From assembly GCA_002269645.1 (NCBI GenBank), contig NIVC01002115.1, forward strand, positions 62,001 to 126,000: a stretch of DNA of 64,000 nt. The letters run 5' to 3'. The translations under genes and the position numbers were made by a program. Below are positions 11,501 to 56,430 of the stretch, piece by piece (position 1 is the first letter of the stretch; every line of letters starts with the position of its first letter). This stretch comes from Macrostomum lignano (taxonomy: Eukaryota). Under the pieces are notes generated by a model that was not told where the DNA came from, did not search any database, and saw only the letters and a list, made by a program, of their open reading frames with translations.

Positions 11501-14500
11501 TGTTGGCCATGGTGGCATAGCAGTCATGAGGGTAGAAAGAATTGCTGGGCTGGGCCAATGCCAAATGCCACACATGCACATTTTTTCACATGTGCACTGT
11601 GTAGTTACAGTGTTGGGCATAAAAACTAACACATCTATGTAAGAGTTTGAAATCCTATATACTGTATTTGTACTGTCAGTTGCATCTTATCCTGGCCTGT
11701 ACATCTGTTGCTTTCTCTTAGCATACTGTATTACCTTTCTCTCAGCATATATATATGTTTTAGTTCCCAGTTTAACATTTGCCATTTGCCATTTACATTT
11801 TTCTTAGTTTTCAGTGCCATATCTGCTTTGTATAGTATTTTTCAGTCTGTAAGTTTTCTGTTTTTTTCTTTTTGCCAGTATCTTTTTGGCTTTTATTTAC
11901 TGTTGTACATTTTCCCAGTGCGAGTAACTGTACGCTTTTAATTTCATTGCATTTTTATGGTCTGCACTTCTTTATATAAGTCCAGTGCAGTTCAAGTATC
12001 TGTTTCAGTCTGTTTTTTCTTGCACATTTTAAAGAAGAAATGGGAAATATACATGCAATTTTTTGTTTTGCTTTAATTTACAAACCAACATCTACATTCT
12101 ACAGACGATATATTTGATCAGTGATGGAAACCTTAGTCAAAACTTCAAAAGTAAAATGTATAAGTATATTTTTTAACTTCTAGCTTTTTAGCAGTATGAG
12201 AGAACAGCAGCTTCGAGTTCTTTGTCAAGAAATTAAGGGAAAGTATTGGTGTTATTTTTGTGGTATGGCTTGCAATTTGATAGTTGCAAAAGTTGATTCA
12301 GTTGAATTAAAGAGACAAACGTGTAATTTAAAGAAAATTCAATACATTTACTTAATTAAAATATGTTCAAGTTGAATACTAGATCCATGATCCATCGGTG
12401 TCAGTCTGAATATTACAGAATTTGTAGGTTTCGCCATATTAAATTTTAGTAAAGATAAATAACCCAATTGGCATCGTTTCATTGCCATCAATAATAAACT
12501 CCGTTCGTTATCAGTCCGTCAACGGGATATGTTGTCGATATATATATAAAAAATGGTTTAGGTACCGTATATTCCGTTTATATTAAATCAGGCAGATTCT
12601 TAGCACGTTAAATTAAGTAACTATAAACAGCCTCAATTTATAACAAAATGTTGCTTAAAAACAAAGAATATTTTGTGTATACTACAAACCAATAGAAATT
12701 TAACTCTAAAAAAACAAAAACTACAATTTTGTATGTTAAATGAACAAACTGTTTATCTTCGGTATTAATCGTTGTCAGAATACCCTTCGAAAAAACAAAC
12801 AGCTTTCTTTCTTGAAATTCAGGCCTACTTGTGGTTTTAAGTAGAAAAATTATTATATTATTGTTTAATCTTCAGAGGTAAAGCATTATTTTGCATGCCA
12901 CAGAACTTTTATTTTTTGTCAATTTTTTTACTTCTGTGTTTGAGATTTACCCTGCAAGGGAGTTTGTGCAATGTCATTTAAAAATTGCATTTTTTTGACA
13001 TATAGATTAACAAAAAATATCGCATAGAAAGATATATTTTAGCATTCAATCTTTAGCAAGTATTTTAGTTTAAAAACTATTTTTATAAAACACTTTTATG
13101 CAAATTACTCAAAAATAAAATGTTGGTAGTTTCTGCGGTTCTTTAATTTTGAACTTTGTAGTTGAGATGTAATTTTTATTAATAATATTGTTTCTAAAGC
13201 AAAAAATCTGAAATCCTTTTTTGACTTATTTGGTGTCTACCATCTAGTTAAAGCTTGTTTGCAAGCTTTTTACTTAAGAATAAGACTATTAAAAGCACAG
13301 TGCAAAAGTGTGCTATAATTATATAAAGCTAGGTTTCCTTATTTAGTTTTATCAAAAATGTTTAAAAAATTACATTAGGAAAGAACAGATCTAAACCGTT
13401 AATGCATTTTGCTCTTATAAAATTCATTTATATTGTCCATACCTTGTCCATACTTACCTTACCTTGGTTAGGCCCCTTGCTAGTCAACTATATATTTGTT
13501 TATATGTTTAAGATTCAGCAGTTATAAAAACATTTACCATTTTCTAATTTAAATAAAAATAGTTACAAAAATATGCCTATATTTGGTAGCATCATTTAGT
13601 AGCAATTATAATGTATTGTTATTAATAGCCAACTGACCTAATCAATCTAACTAACATACAAAGAAAAAATTAGGGGAATATAAACATAATATTTCATTAT
13701 TTGTAATATAGCAGAAAATGATTGTCTTCTCTTAGTTTAGGAAAATTGGTCAACTTAATGATATCCAGATCAACAGGGGATGCTGCATAGTGGAGGCATC
13801 GATGCTATGCATTTGCGATAATGCAGATGAGATAGCAGAGATTTCAACCATGTATTCCAGGAGATTAAAATAGATTAAATTTATATAATACTCCAATATT
13901 ATACTTTAGTGATTCTTATTTGATAAAATTATCCTTAGTTTCAATAATATATATTAGGCATGTTTGGAATAGACAAACTATATTAGCAACCTTTTTATTT
14001 ATTAGAGATCTAGGTCCATACCTTAACCTTTTTGATAAAATAACATAACTATTCCAAACTTTATAAACAGTATTATAGGTATTTTTGCTCCACTTGTATC
14101 AAGAAAAAATAATCTAACAGATTGAGGTTAGTTGATAATAAGGACCATTGGTATTTTGTTCAATATCCTACAAAATGCTATTCTAAAGATTTAGCCTAGG
14201 ATTGGCTAGGTTAGTCTTTCAATGTGAGTTAATATATTATAAGTATTTTGCTAGAAGATATAGTTTCCCTCTAGCCTAGGTATTTCTAATTCTAATATAA
14301 CAAAAAGGTAGCATATGCATATATAGAAGCTCTTGAAATAATGAAAACCCTAGTATTGATAAAATTAGGAGGCACTTTTTGTTATCAATAATAATTGTGC
14401 CAAGAACTATCACAGATATAGGATTTTTGCAATGTTGCATCATCTGCACAGTTGATTGTGTATCTCCTATAGCCAAGTAGTAGTCATTGCATGTATTGAC

Positions 14501-15449
14501 TATAGTATCAATTGAGAACAATTTTCATTGAAGAATATACACACAAGCCTACCATGTGACTTTATAGCTAACTCAACAGTTGTTGACTGTGCACTACTAG
14601 TACTAATATTGTATCTCAGAATTGAAATGGCAAGTTACCAAGACCTTGTTTTTCATGTGCAGATCTTGCTTGATTAGTTTGTTCATTGTGGTATATATCA
14701 TGCTAAAGTTATATGCCATATAACAAGCACTGCATTGAGGATTTAATTGAATTCAAATATAAATTATACAAATAATAGCTTGAGTATAAGCTATGCAAGC
14801 TAGACCACTATTATGACAAGCCTTTATATCTCTCATCTTTATACACAAGGCTTTTGTGTAATAAGTGCTTATCTTAGATATATTTATTGTCTTGCAATGT
14901 TGGTTGGCCAATTACCCATCTGAAGTAATGAAGAATCTTCTACCATACCTCCTTGTATTTAAACATCTTAATAATAGATGCACTTTTAATAGCAGACACT
15001 TAAAATATTCCAATGTAGGCTAGGTGCTACTTATAATTAAAGTGGTAGATGGGGAAAAATTATTCTATTAAAACAAAGTATAACTTTTCATTGTTTCCAG
15101 CATTATAAATTGTAATTGACCAGGGTAAATTACAAAAAGCTATAACTAATTGATAAAAATACCAAAAGTATGCATATAAGTTTTTGATTAAATTTTAAAT
15201 GCTTTAAGTTACCAGATGACTGGATATCATTCTCATTCTGTCTTGGCCATTCATTGGGATTGTCCATTATATAGTGAGGATTTTATTTGGTTTTTGACTA
15301 CCTCGGGTGCTAGCACTAGAAAAATTGCAATTAATTCCATGTTACTCCTTGTATGAAATTGCATGCTTTGAAGCAATTGAGCAGTTTTTAATCACATCAG
15401 CCGGCTCTCTTCAACAATCAGGAAATCAACTTAGGAACAACCGATCAAA

Positions 15450-45930
<30,481 letters not shown>

Positions 45931-47364
45931 AAGCCTCAAGAGCTGGTGGGCTGTGTGCAGCCGGCACCACTCATAACCGTGGAATTTCAAAATCAACATT
46001 AAGGACCGATCTTTAAAAATGTTGATTCTGTTTGACTGTCCCGCGGCGTGAATAAACAAGCTCGATTACACATCAATATTAACACGCCAGCTCACAGTGT
46101 CTGTCTAACCAATGAATAATCTTAATATTTGTTGTTGCTGTCTCCATTTTTTTCAAAACAACAGAACTGATAAAGCTTGGATTTTATTAGCAAATTTAGA
46201 CTAGAATAATATCCCTATGCTAGTTAAGCTACTGTTCAGTAGAAAGTACAGAAAGTAAAAAATCGCTTTTTGAGTTTATTTAATAATTTGCCGTGTGAAC
46301 TTTTTTATGTTTTATTTTTTGCTCTGTTGCTAGCCATACACATATTTATTTATTTCAAGTATTTATAAGTATTTATATTTATATTTTAATCCCTTAACCA
46401 ATGCTACATGTTATTGGCCACTTGTGTGTGTGTGTGACCTTCTGCTTGTAATCAACCCATATGTTTTATACCTATTAATATATATATAATGTTCTCATAC
46501 TATTTATACTACTAACATTTGGGACTTAACAACTAACCATCAACCCCCTGTGCAATTGATCTCTGTTAAACACAGCCAAACATTAATGGCCTGTTTTAAT
46601 TAATGTAAATTTCATTTTATTTCAATCAATATTTGGTCAGGTACAATTTTTCATTGAAATGCGCCACCAAAGTGTTTAAGTTAACATTTTCAATATCTAC
46701 CAGATTAATAGACTCTTTACCAATTATTAACCAATTTTTATGACCAAAAAATCCTACAGAATGGTGTTGTCAAATATCCTGTTTTCTCTGCTGCTTTTGC
46801 TTGCTTGGTGAAAGTGCTTAAATAGCACTGTTCGTTTTTCACTTCAATAGTACACGCCCAGCCGCCTTGAGCTCCAATATGAAAGTCTTTTTAATTAGCA
46901 GTCCTGAGCAGTAGACGGTGTGATCAACAGTTTTATTGCTTTGTTTTGGTAAAATTTTTATTGCCAGGAAGATCAAGTGTCAGCTTCTGCTATAACCAAT
47001 ACTACTTATAGTAATAGATAGATACATATTTATTTATAACTAGTTTCATGAAAAATATAAGCGGAATTCGCCGTGCATGAGTGCGTCAGCTTTTTTCAAC
47101 AACTTTTTTGGCTGCTTATATAGGCTTGCTGAAGTTTATTCATATATGTTTGCTGTCGTCTCGGTCTTTGTCTTGGGATTTTTTTGATGAAATGTACATG
47201 CACTGGTAACTGTATGTTACCTTAACTTTCTTCTCGGGTCGTAGTTCCATTCTCAACGTGAACAAAGTAAACTCACGGGTCACGGCCGGCTCCGCTCACA
47301 CAGCGTATTAACGGGTCTGCAGTTCGATTTACACAATGCATTCACTAGTTAAAATGGATGAAAT

Positions 47365-47775
47365 GGCCACATTCACACAGCGTATTCACGGGTTACAGCA
47401 GTCACATTCACAGTGTATTCAAGGGTCACAGCAGTCACATTCACACAGCGTATTCACGGGTTACAGCAGTCACATTCACACAGTGTATTCACGGGTCACA
47501 GCAGTCACATTCACACAGTTTATTCACGGGTCACAGCAGTCACATTCACACAGTGTATTCACGGGTCACAGCAGTCACATTCACACAGTGTATTCACGGG
47601 TCACAGCAGTCACATTCAGTGTATTCACGGGACACAGTTCGATTCACACAGTGTATTCACGGGTCACAGCAGTCACATTCACACAGTGTATTCACGGATA
47701 ACAGCAGTCACATTCACACAGTGTATTCACGGGTCACAGCAGTCAGTCACATTCACACAGTGTATTCACGGGTCC
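47365..47775. repeat. 35-bp minisatellite (CACAGTGTATTCACGGGTCACAGCAGTCACATTCA)
   Basis: About 11 tandem units. Confidence 0.93.
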
Positions 47776-48444
47776 TGTTCGATTTCAAAAAGTGGAAGTT
47801 GTATTCACAGCTCCTGCATAAACCGTGACACCCATTAGTTAACGTAATAAAGACCAGCAGAAAGCAGGGTTCAGGAAATATACTTACAGCACAGGGTACA
47901 GTACTGTACATGCATGTGATTGCACAGTTAAGAAAAATATCTCTATAACTTGGCAGCAGAACTTTATATATATTTGAAATATTGCTTCACAAACATGCGC
48001 ACTAAAGCAGCCAAGAGTTTTGAGGGAAAAAATTGTAAATCAATAATGCAACATTTTTATTGACTACGCAAATTAATGAATGATTAATAAAACAAGCGAA
48101 TTAAAAAGGCAAACAACATTTACACTGCCGGGCAATGTACAGAGGGACATTGCAGTTGCAAACAGGGCCAAGCAAAGCAAAAATGCCAAGGGTTATAAAA
48201 TACAGCAAGCAAACAGTTCACAAGGAGATCGGGCAGTCATATTTTTCATTTCGGCCAGGAAATCTTTAAAACAGAATATCGGAAAAGAAACTTGCGAAAA
48301 AATGTGCCTATTTGCATGCATGAGAACTGAAGATGCAGATTTTCAAATATAAATTGAGCCATTTTCATATTCAAATTGAGAGTTGCAAATAAACAATTGC
48401 CTGTTGTCGACGAATTTTACATCGTAACGATTGCTTTAAAATAC

Positions 48445-49345
48445 TACCAAACTACTGTAATCTACTACCCAAACTACTGTAATCTACTAACCAAACTACT
48501 GTAATCTACTAACCAAACTACTGTAATTCACTAACCAAACTACTGTAATCTACTAACCAAACTACTGTAATTTACTAACCAAACTACTGTAATTCCCTAA
48601 CTAAACTACTGTGATCTACCACACCAAACTACTGTAATCTAATTACCAAACTACTGTAATCTACTAACCAAACTACTGTAATTCACTAACCAAACTACTG
48701 TAATTCACTAACCAAACTACTGTAATCTACTAACCAAACTACTGTAATTCACTAACCAAACTACTGTAATCTACTAACCAAACTACTGTAATTCACTAAC
48801 CAAACTACTGCAATTCACTAACTAAACTACTGTGATCTACCACACCAAACTACTGTAATCTAATTACCAAACTACTGTAATCTACTAACCAAACTACTGT
48901 AATTCACTAACCAAACTACTGTGATCTACCACACCAAACTACTGTAATCTACCACACCAAACTACTGTAATTCACTAACCAAACTACTGTGATCTACCAC
49001 ACCAAACTACTGTAATCTAATTACCAAACTACTGTAATCTACTAACCAAACTACTGTGATCTACCACACCAAACTACTGTAATCTAATAACCAAACTACT
49101 GTTATCTACTAACCAAACTACTGTAATCTACCACACCAAACTACTGTTATCTACCAACCAAACTACTGTTATCTACTAACCAAACTACTGTAATCTACTA
49201 ATTAAACTACTGTAATCTGCTAACCAAACTACTGTAATCTACTAATTAAACTACTGTAATCTGCTAACCAAACTACTGTAATCTACTAATTAAACTACTG
49301 TAATCTGCTAACCAAACTACTGTAATCTACCATACCCAACTACTA
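48445..49345. repeat. 22-bp minisatellite (ACCAAACTACTGTAATCTACTA)
   Basis: About 40 tandem units. Confidence 0.95.
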
Positions 49346-50563
49346 ATCCATTATATTCTGCTACAATACCAAACTACCATACTATACCTACTACAGACAA
49401 TGACACAGCTTAAATATTGCACAAAGAACTATCAAAAACAGTCCTTATTACAAGAAATACTTGGCATTTCAAAATAGCAACAAATATCAACTCAAAAGCT
49501 AAAACATTGGCCCATAAAATATAAAAACATGCAATTCAATAACAGAAATGTTATTATCAATAAACTAGGCTTGAGAAGATTGGAGAATCTTTAAACAAGT
49601 ACAGCAGATACTATTTATCATAGCGATGCCCGTAGCCAACTAAAAATGAAAGGCGTAGGTTGTCAAAGCGATACTGACTTATAAACTGCAAATACTAATG
49701 CAAAAATAATTATATATAAGCAGTATACTTAGTAGTATAAGCGAATCATTTACAAGGTGCAAATTTAGGGCAAGGAAAAAGCTCAAAAAGCATAACGCAA
49801 AAGCGACTGTGACCGCGCGCTCGTCATAATATTAATAGATTTATACTGACTTCCATGCCGACATGTATGGAAAAACAGCTTTTACAAGTAGAGAATTGCT
49901 ATCTCTATTAGCAATTCGCAAAAGTGCATGCGGCAAAGCATATTTATTAAATTATTTCATCAAAATATTTTATTATCCTTCCCAACTACACGCATATGCT
50001 GGTACTAAACTTGGTTCAGATTCTCTTTATAAATATATTTTTCTATACATATCGGTAGAGTGGTAAAATATTGGTGCGAATCGTATTTAGATAGTTTAAT
50101 AGGTCTTCTAAATTTAGAATTTTAACAGAAAACTAAACCTTAAAAGAACCGATTGGCTGCAATATTACACCATCCTGCCGATATGTATCGAAAAAAACAT
50201 AAGAGGGAATCGCAAAGAATTAGATGCCTAAAACAATACCCGAGTCGAATTTGCTTAAGTAATTATAATTTTTATCGTATGACACCTAAAATTCCAAAGA
50301 AACAATTCGGACACAGTATTCTCTGAACCTCCCGATATGCATCGAAAAGTAACCTTACAAGTGAAAATAGTTATTGAATTGTTTGTCACAAGGTTTATGC
50401 GACAAAGCATATTCGATTAAATAATTTCCCAAGAATTTACAAAAACCAACCTTTTAAACTAGTAAAAACAGATCACTGCAATATTTTATCACCCTCCCGA
50501 TATGTATCGAAAAAACTTTACAAATAGTGAATCTTTACAAGTTGTCTAAACACAATATGAGCA

Positions 50564-51051
50564 TCATCGCAGGCCGCTGTTACCCAGCACGGCAACTCCA
50601 TCCCCAGCATCCTCATCTGTGACGCCCGCCGTTGTTGCAGCCGCATTCTCCATCATGCTGAAATTCTCGCAGAACTCTTCCTCATCATACTCGAACTCGT
50701 CGTTCACAACCGGGTCGTTAAGACGTCTGTGACGACGACGACGACGACGACCGACGCCATTGTTTAGCAGCTGCATCCGTCGGCGCCTCAGCCTCCGATT
50801 GAAGCAATGCTGCTTCAAGGATACAAAAGAGGCAGTCAGGAGCAACAGAAGCAGCAGCACTCCAATGCCGAGACCCAATTCAACGCTGAATGGCAGCCGG
50901 CTGCTGCTACTGCCGCCTCCAGGCACTGGCGGATGGCTGTGACTCCTAATGCTGGGAGCTGTTGTGATACGAGGCTGAGGCAGCATTGTAGGGACAGCAG
51001 TGATATTCGGCAATGCCATGTGCAGTTGAATACTCTGGCAGAATTTTACAA
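50564..51051 (-). CDS. Probable terminal exon of a single-pass type I membrane protein
   Basis: GC-rich ORF in AT-rich flanks, with a possible acceptor TTTGTGCAG| at 51052. Pro/Thr/Ser stalk, hydrophobic LGLGIGVLLLLLLLTASFV, then basic KQHCFNRRLRRRR and an acidic tail. Upstream exons not identified. Confidence 0.5.
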
Positions 51052-51269
51052 CTGCACAAAACTCAATGATGGTTTATCGGCTGACATGAAAAATAATGTT
51101 AGATGTGACATTTTTATCAAACTAAATTAAGTAAAGTACAAAAAATTAATTGCATAATTTTTGTATTGCAAATAGAAATATAAAAAGATGAACACTTTAG
51201 GAAAAAAGCCTTCCAATTAAAAGTACAATTTTTTAGTTTCCATGGAGACAATAATTAATAATAAATTTT

Positions 51270-51550
51270 TGATTACACCTGCCTGTGCAGATGTGCAACT
51301 GACAGCTCAGCCACAGGCATGGCGCATCTGAAGGCTGCATATGGCTGTTCAGTCCAAGGACTGCTGGGGGTCGCCACACACACCCTCAATTACCCCAGCT
51401 AATGCTGGCACCCATTTTATAACTGGGTGAACTGAAGCACTGCAGAGTTGAGTGTCTTGCTCAAGGACAAATTGTTCCAAGTGAGTCAAGAATCGAACCC
51501 CCGACCTTCAAGTCATGAGTCCGATGCTCTGGCCACTAGGCTGCAACCCT
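51270..51550 (-). mobile_element. tRNA-derived SINE with conserved central domain (CORE/V/Meta-like, family undetermined)
   Basis: Minus strand: GCCTAGTGG (A box), GGGTTCGATTC (B box), then TCCTTGAGCAAGACACTCAACTCT...CACCCAG..ATAAAATGGGT. Homologous to the 31851 copy. Confidence 0.72.
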
Positions 51551-53940
51551 ATAGAACCCTATCCCTATAGATTGAGACAAGCAGATATTCCCAAGCTTTG
51601 GAAGTTAGATGCTAAGGTTTTTATATGCTAGAATCATATTGTTAGTTGGCATCAGTAAAAAAAATTCAAAGTCAAATAAAACCCATCATCTCTGCCCATT
51701 CTTTACACTGATGAACATTTAGTTTACACCTATTATACAATGTACATGAGACAATACACTAAGATGATGAAGCATAGAAATTGCCAATAAAAATAAGAAA
51801 ACTCCAAAAGACTTAAATTCAATCAACTCTTTTAATTCATGATATATTAGATAGTATAAGAAAGACTAAATTTTAATATCTAAATTCAAAATGAAAAATG
51901 GTCAATACTTCAGTCATAAAGCTCTGTATCAGCTCTGCAACATGTTACATACTAAAGCTTTCACTGTAGAACTAATGGCCAAATTTTCTTAGATTTTAGC
52001 CCCATGTGACACAATTTCTACTATGCATATTGATCTTATCGGAATTTTAATTGATACAGTTTGCTAAAGTTCTAAATTTTCTAATATCTATATTCATGTC
52101 AATATCTATAGCTAACTAATTTCCCAAAAATTCATATAACTTCTCAAGGTCTAATTTAATTTTATATAAGAAAAATGGCTGAAACAATATTTATCTTAAC
52201 TTAACAACCACTAGCTCAAGTATACAACCAGTATGTGGCTTTGAAAATATTTGTTGCTTAAACTTGTAACCCCAAAAACTTAAAGACTGGACTCTCTTTG
52301 TATTGAAAATAAAACTCAACTCCAAGTACTCTAACTTAGCAATATACCTATGGCATTGAAAACCTTTATTAATTGAGTCTTCAACCCTAGAGACTTAAGG
52401 GTTTTCTTTATATAAGCTTTGAAACTTGCAAAATCAATTTATTACTGCCTTTATCTATGAAATCAAGGGCTTTAATAATTTTTTAAGTCTCAATACCATT
52501 AATATATCCTAAAATTTAAATAAAATTCTATAACTTATATTAGTATTTAGTATAGAGAGAGCAGATAGATATGGCCAAGTTAGATTAAAGCTTTTTATTA
52601 TTTTAAGTCTTATTATTTAAAGTATTTTAAGATTCAAACTTTGTGAACTCCTGCAACTTTATCAATATATAAAAAAATACTTACCACCATACATTTATAT
52701 ATCAAAAAAAAAGAAAAAAATATCATAACAAAACAATTTTAATGATAGCAATTTTTAAAAGAAATTTCCATAGGCCTACCATATAAAATATTGCTATTTA
52801 AGTTTGTTTTAAACTTTCTAATATTACTACATTAAAAAATGTTTATATGTTTGAATGTGAGTTAAATAACATTATATATATATATATATGTAGATAGAAT
52901 ATTGAAGGCATAATTTTTAGTATGCACATTTTTAGCCTGCAATTTTTTTAGATTCTATGTATATTAAATCTTTTCTAGAGCCACAATGTAGGCCAAACTG
53001 TACACACTAACATTTTTGCACACTGAAAATTCTGGCATATGGATGTCTTCAAGACAATGGCTTGTTTTTTTTAATATCTAAACAAAGTAAAATTGTATTT
53101 TTATACAATTAAAAGTTAGTATCAGTTTGTAAAATCAAATTTCTTGTTTAACCAAAATTATAAAAGCTCTGATTTAGACAATAATGTAGAAAAAGTTAAC
53201 TTTTTTATTTGAAAATAAAAACTAAAATTGTTAAAAGAAAAACATTTTATTCACTATTAAAGTTGATACCTTTCTATTGTTCCTTTCAATTTTTTCTATC
53301 TTGTATATAGCTCACAGGACTTGCTAATAATAACAAATTGCATCACAAAAAATGTGAAAAATGAAAGATGCAAAATGTTTCTTTTATTTTTTAATACCTA
53401 ACAATTCAATTTTCAAAGGTAAAGTTTTTTATTTAGACTAATAAATAAGATTTGTCACTTAAAAAGGAAAATATTATAAACATCTTTAAAAATTCTCCCT
53501 GGAATAACTACCCTATCACCCTACCTGCCTACCAAAGCAGAGGAGAGTTGCACTTGCACCTACCCTAAATAAGCAGTAAGCCTAGGTCTAGGAGGGTAGG
53601 GTTAAGCCATGAAATCTAATATGCAATAGAATGGAGTCCATTTAGATATAGGCCTAGTAATTGGCTTGGCAATATATAAAAATCATAATAGTCAGTACAT
53701 ATATTTTCAATATAGTAAAAAATTGCAATTGTAAAGAAGCGCATGTTTAATTAGGCCAGGCTATTTTTCAACTTAAATGAACAGCAAAGAATATTTATTG
53801 CGATGGGAAACTGTCGCAGTCCAGTCCTTCACAACCATCATTGATGCCCTTTCGGCAAACAGGGCATTTCGGAGCTCGCCGACGCCCATGAGGTTGAGGA
53901 ATTGCTCAGCTGCACGATGCAACTCCAAGGCGCGACACCA

Positions 53941-56430
53941 TTGAGGTGGGGCGGAGGAAGAAAAATTTTGGTGTTGTAAATTAAACTTGGCGGTTGTGGG
54001 TTTTGAACTCGGGGTTTCTTTGAAAGCAGACGTCGTTGTGTTCGCACGAATCGAAACCGGAAGATCGCGCAGATGAATCACAACGGAAGTTTGCCTCCTG
54101 TTTTACTCCGACTGCCGGGGTCCTCAAATTCCGGGGGGAGGGTAGTCTCAGTCGTAGGCGAGCGGTCTTCGTTAGGCGCGAGCGTTCAGTGTGGGTCCTC
54201 AGACACCGTGAATTAATGTACCTCGTATGCTTATTTCGTTACTAATAGAGAGTAGCGCTGCCACCACCGTAATTTGCGTAATACGGAACGTTGGAGTCTC
54301 AGAGCTTGCTTCGAGATGAGACTGGGTTATTTTACGCCCCACGGGCAAATGACTCAAGATAAACTACATGACTTTAATTAATTGAACAACGAAATTAAGT
54401 TGGTTCGCCTAGTTTATTAAAAGGCCGATTAAATTGAAGTTAGCTAATATTATTATTATGATGAAACGAGTACAACGAGGGATGAGACGGTGGTGCCACG
54501 AGGGCGACTACAAACTAGCACCTATTAAAAATAAATGAACTTCCCTAGTAGTACGTGTAGTACGCACAGGAGAGAGAAGAGACGAAGAGACAAAGTCGAG
54601 AGGCGAAGAGGCGACGAAAACAAAGAGAGAGAGAGAGACAGAGAGAGAGAGCGAGCCGCGAGACGCATTAATTTAGCAGACCTCACATCATATTATTTAT
54701 AAAATTAAACAGAACATTTTGTGGCACCAAACAAACAGAAAAAGGAGGAAATAATAATTAAAATGGACCTTAAAGTCATAGTTATGGGCATACGAAAATT
54801 AACACTGGGGAGATGGGCAAAACTAACAACGAACAGTAAAGGGGCACAATGGCCAGAACCGGGAGCAGAGGGTCAGAACCAGGGAGCGGGAGATGATGGA
54901 AGGGTGACGTCAGGGCAGCACCTTAAGGTGGACGGAGGAGGGCCAAACCCGGGACAACGGCAAAAAAATAACGACCAGAAAACGGGATCCAAAATAAATT
55001 TCAAAACAGTTAGTGGGAGGCTCAACCTACCACACCATTGAGGTGAGGTGAAGAAAATTTTCTTGGAAATTGGTTGTTTGAAATTAGTTGCTGACACCGG
55101 TTAGTAGTAGTAGTAGTAGTAAATTTGGCTCAGGCAAGGAGCCTGTTTTGCCAGTATTATACGATGTATTTAGTATTTGTTCACAAGGTTAAATTTTTAC
55201 ACGATCGCTGAAAACGAGTTACGATATTTGTATAAGTAAGGTATTTGAAAGAGCGTCTGGAATTTTTACGGTTTTTTTTCAGCCTACTAACGGCTAACGA
55301 CAGAACGACAAGATTCTAAGCAGGGAAAAATAAAAAATCGATGTCGTTTATCTATGACCTTAATGCAAAACGATTCTTCTAAAATGCGATTTAGGAAAGT
55401 TAGTTTAATTTTGTCAAAATAGCAAACATCGAGTATAATTAAGGATTGCTCTCAATAATAGGCGATTTTTGTAAAAAGATATACTGGGGCGGATTCCACA
55501 GTTGTTGAATTGCCGCCTTCGTTGAGTTCGCACGAATGAATCCGGAGAAATCGCGCAGACGAATCACAACGAAAAATTTCTTTCTCCTGCTTTAATCCGA
55601 CAGCCGGGTTCTCAAGTCCAGGGGTAGTCGTAATCGTAGCGGAGCGATCGTTAACGGCGCGGTCGTTCAGACGTGTAACAACGGAGATTCTGACTCCAAA
55701 ATTATGGAGTCGAGTTGCTGAGCTTGTTACTTTCAGTAGGGTAGAGCTGCCACCACCGTAATTTACGTATTCCGGAACGATTAAGTTTCTGGGCTTCCTT
55801 AAGCTGAGAAAACTTAGTTATTTTACACCCCGCGGGCAAATGACTTAAGAAAAGGCTATGGCTTAACGTCAACGAAAAATTAAAGAATATGGCACTTATT
55901 AATCATTATTATTATTGCTGATCAGTTTAATATTAGCAGGCTGAAACTGAATAAAAATTAAATTTCCGACAAGTAATATGAGACGCTGGCGGCACCGGGA
56001 TGCTGAATTAAAGGTAGTTTAACTAGTAAGTTAAGCGCTTAGTAAAAACTGATTAATTAATTAATACGCAAATTACTAAAACAGGCAGAAGGCAAGGGAA
56101 AATAAACAAGAGTGGAAAAGGGGGAAGGCAGGTTAGGGAGTTGTTGAGGAAAAACAGGGCTCGGAACAACTACTAAATACATCAAAAAACGCGGACAAAC
56201 GGTGGAGACAGGGGTTGGACAGGGCCGGGCGGTGGGCAGAAAATAACACGGGTTGGGCCAGGCTCAAATACGAATTATGACATCTCGCGGAATAACAAAA
56301 TTCACGAGAGGGACTACGAAAAATCAAAGAAGGGACGAATCCAGTCCAAGCGAAGAAACGGGGGTTGAACAGTTGATGGACGGGGGAGGCGAAAAATCAG
56401 CGGATGGGAACTGTTAGAAATTATTTCGCA
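53941..56430 (-). mobile_element. Two diverged LTR-like units, each followed by a TGGTGT PBS-like sequence
   Basis: Colinear homologous blocks at 54033-54375 and 55519-55860. Both units end (minus strand) in AATTTT(T)CTTC..C..CACCTCAA|TGGTGT. No gag/pol and no clear PPT. Outer boundary uncertain. Confidence 0.35.
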
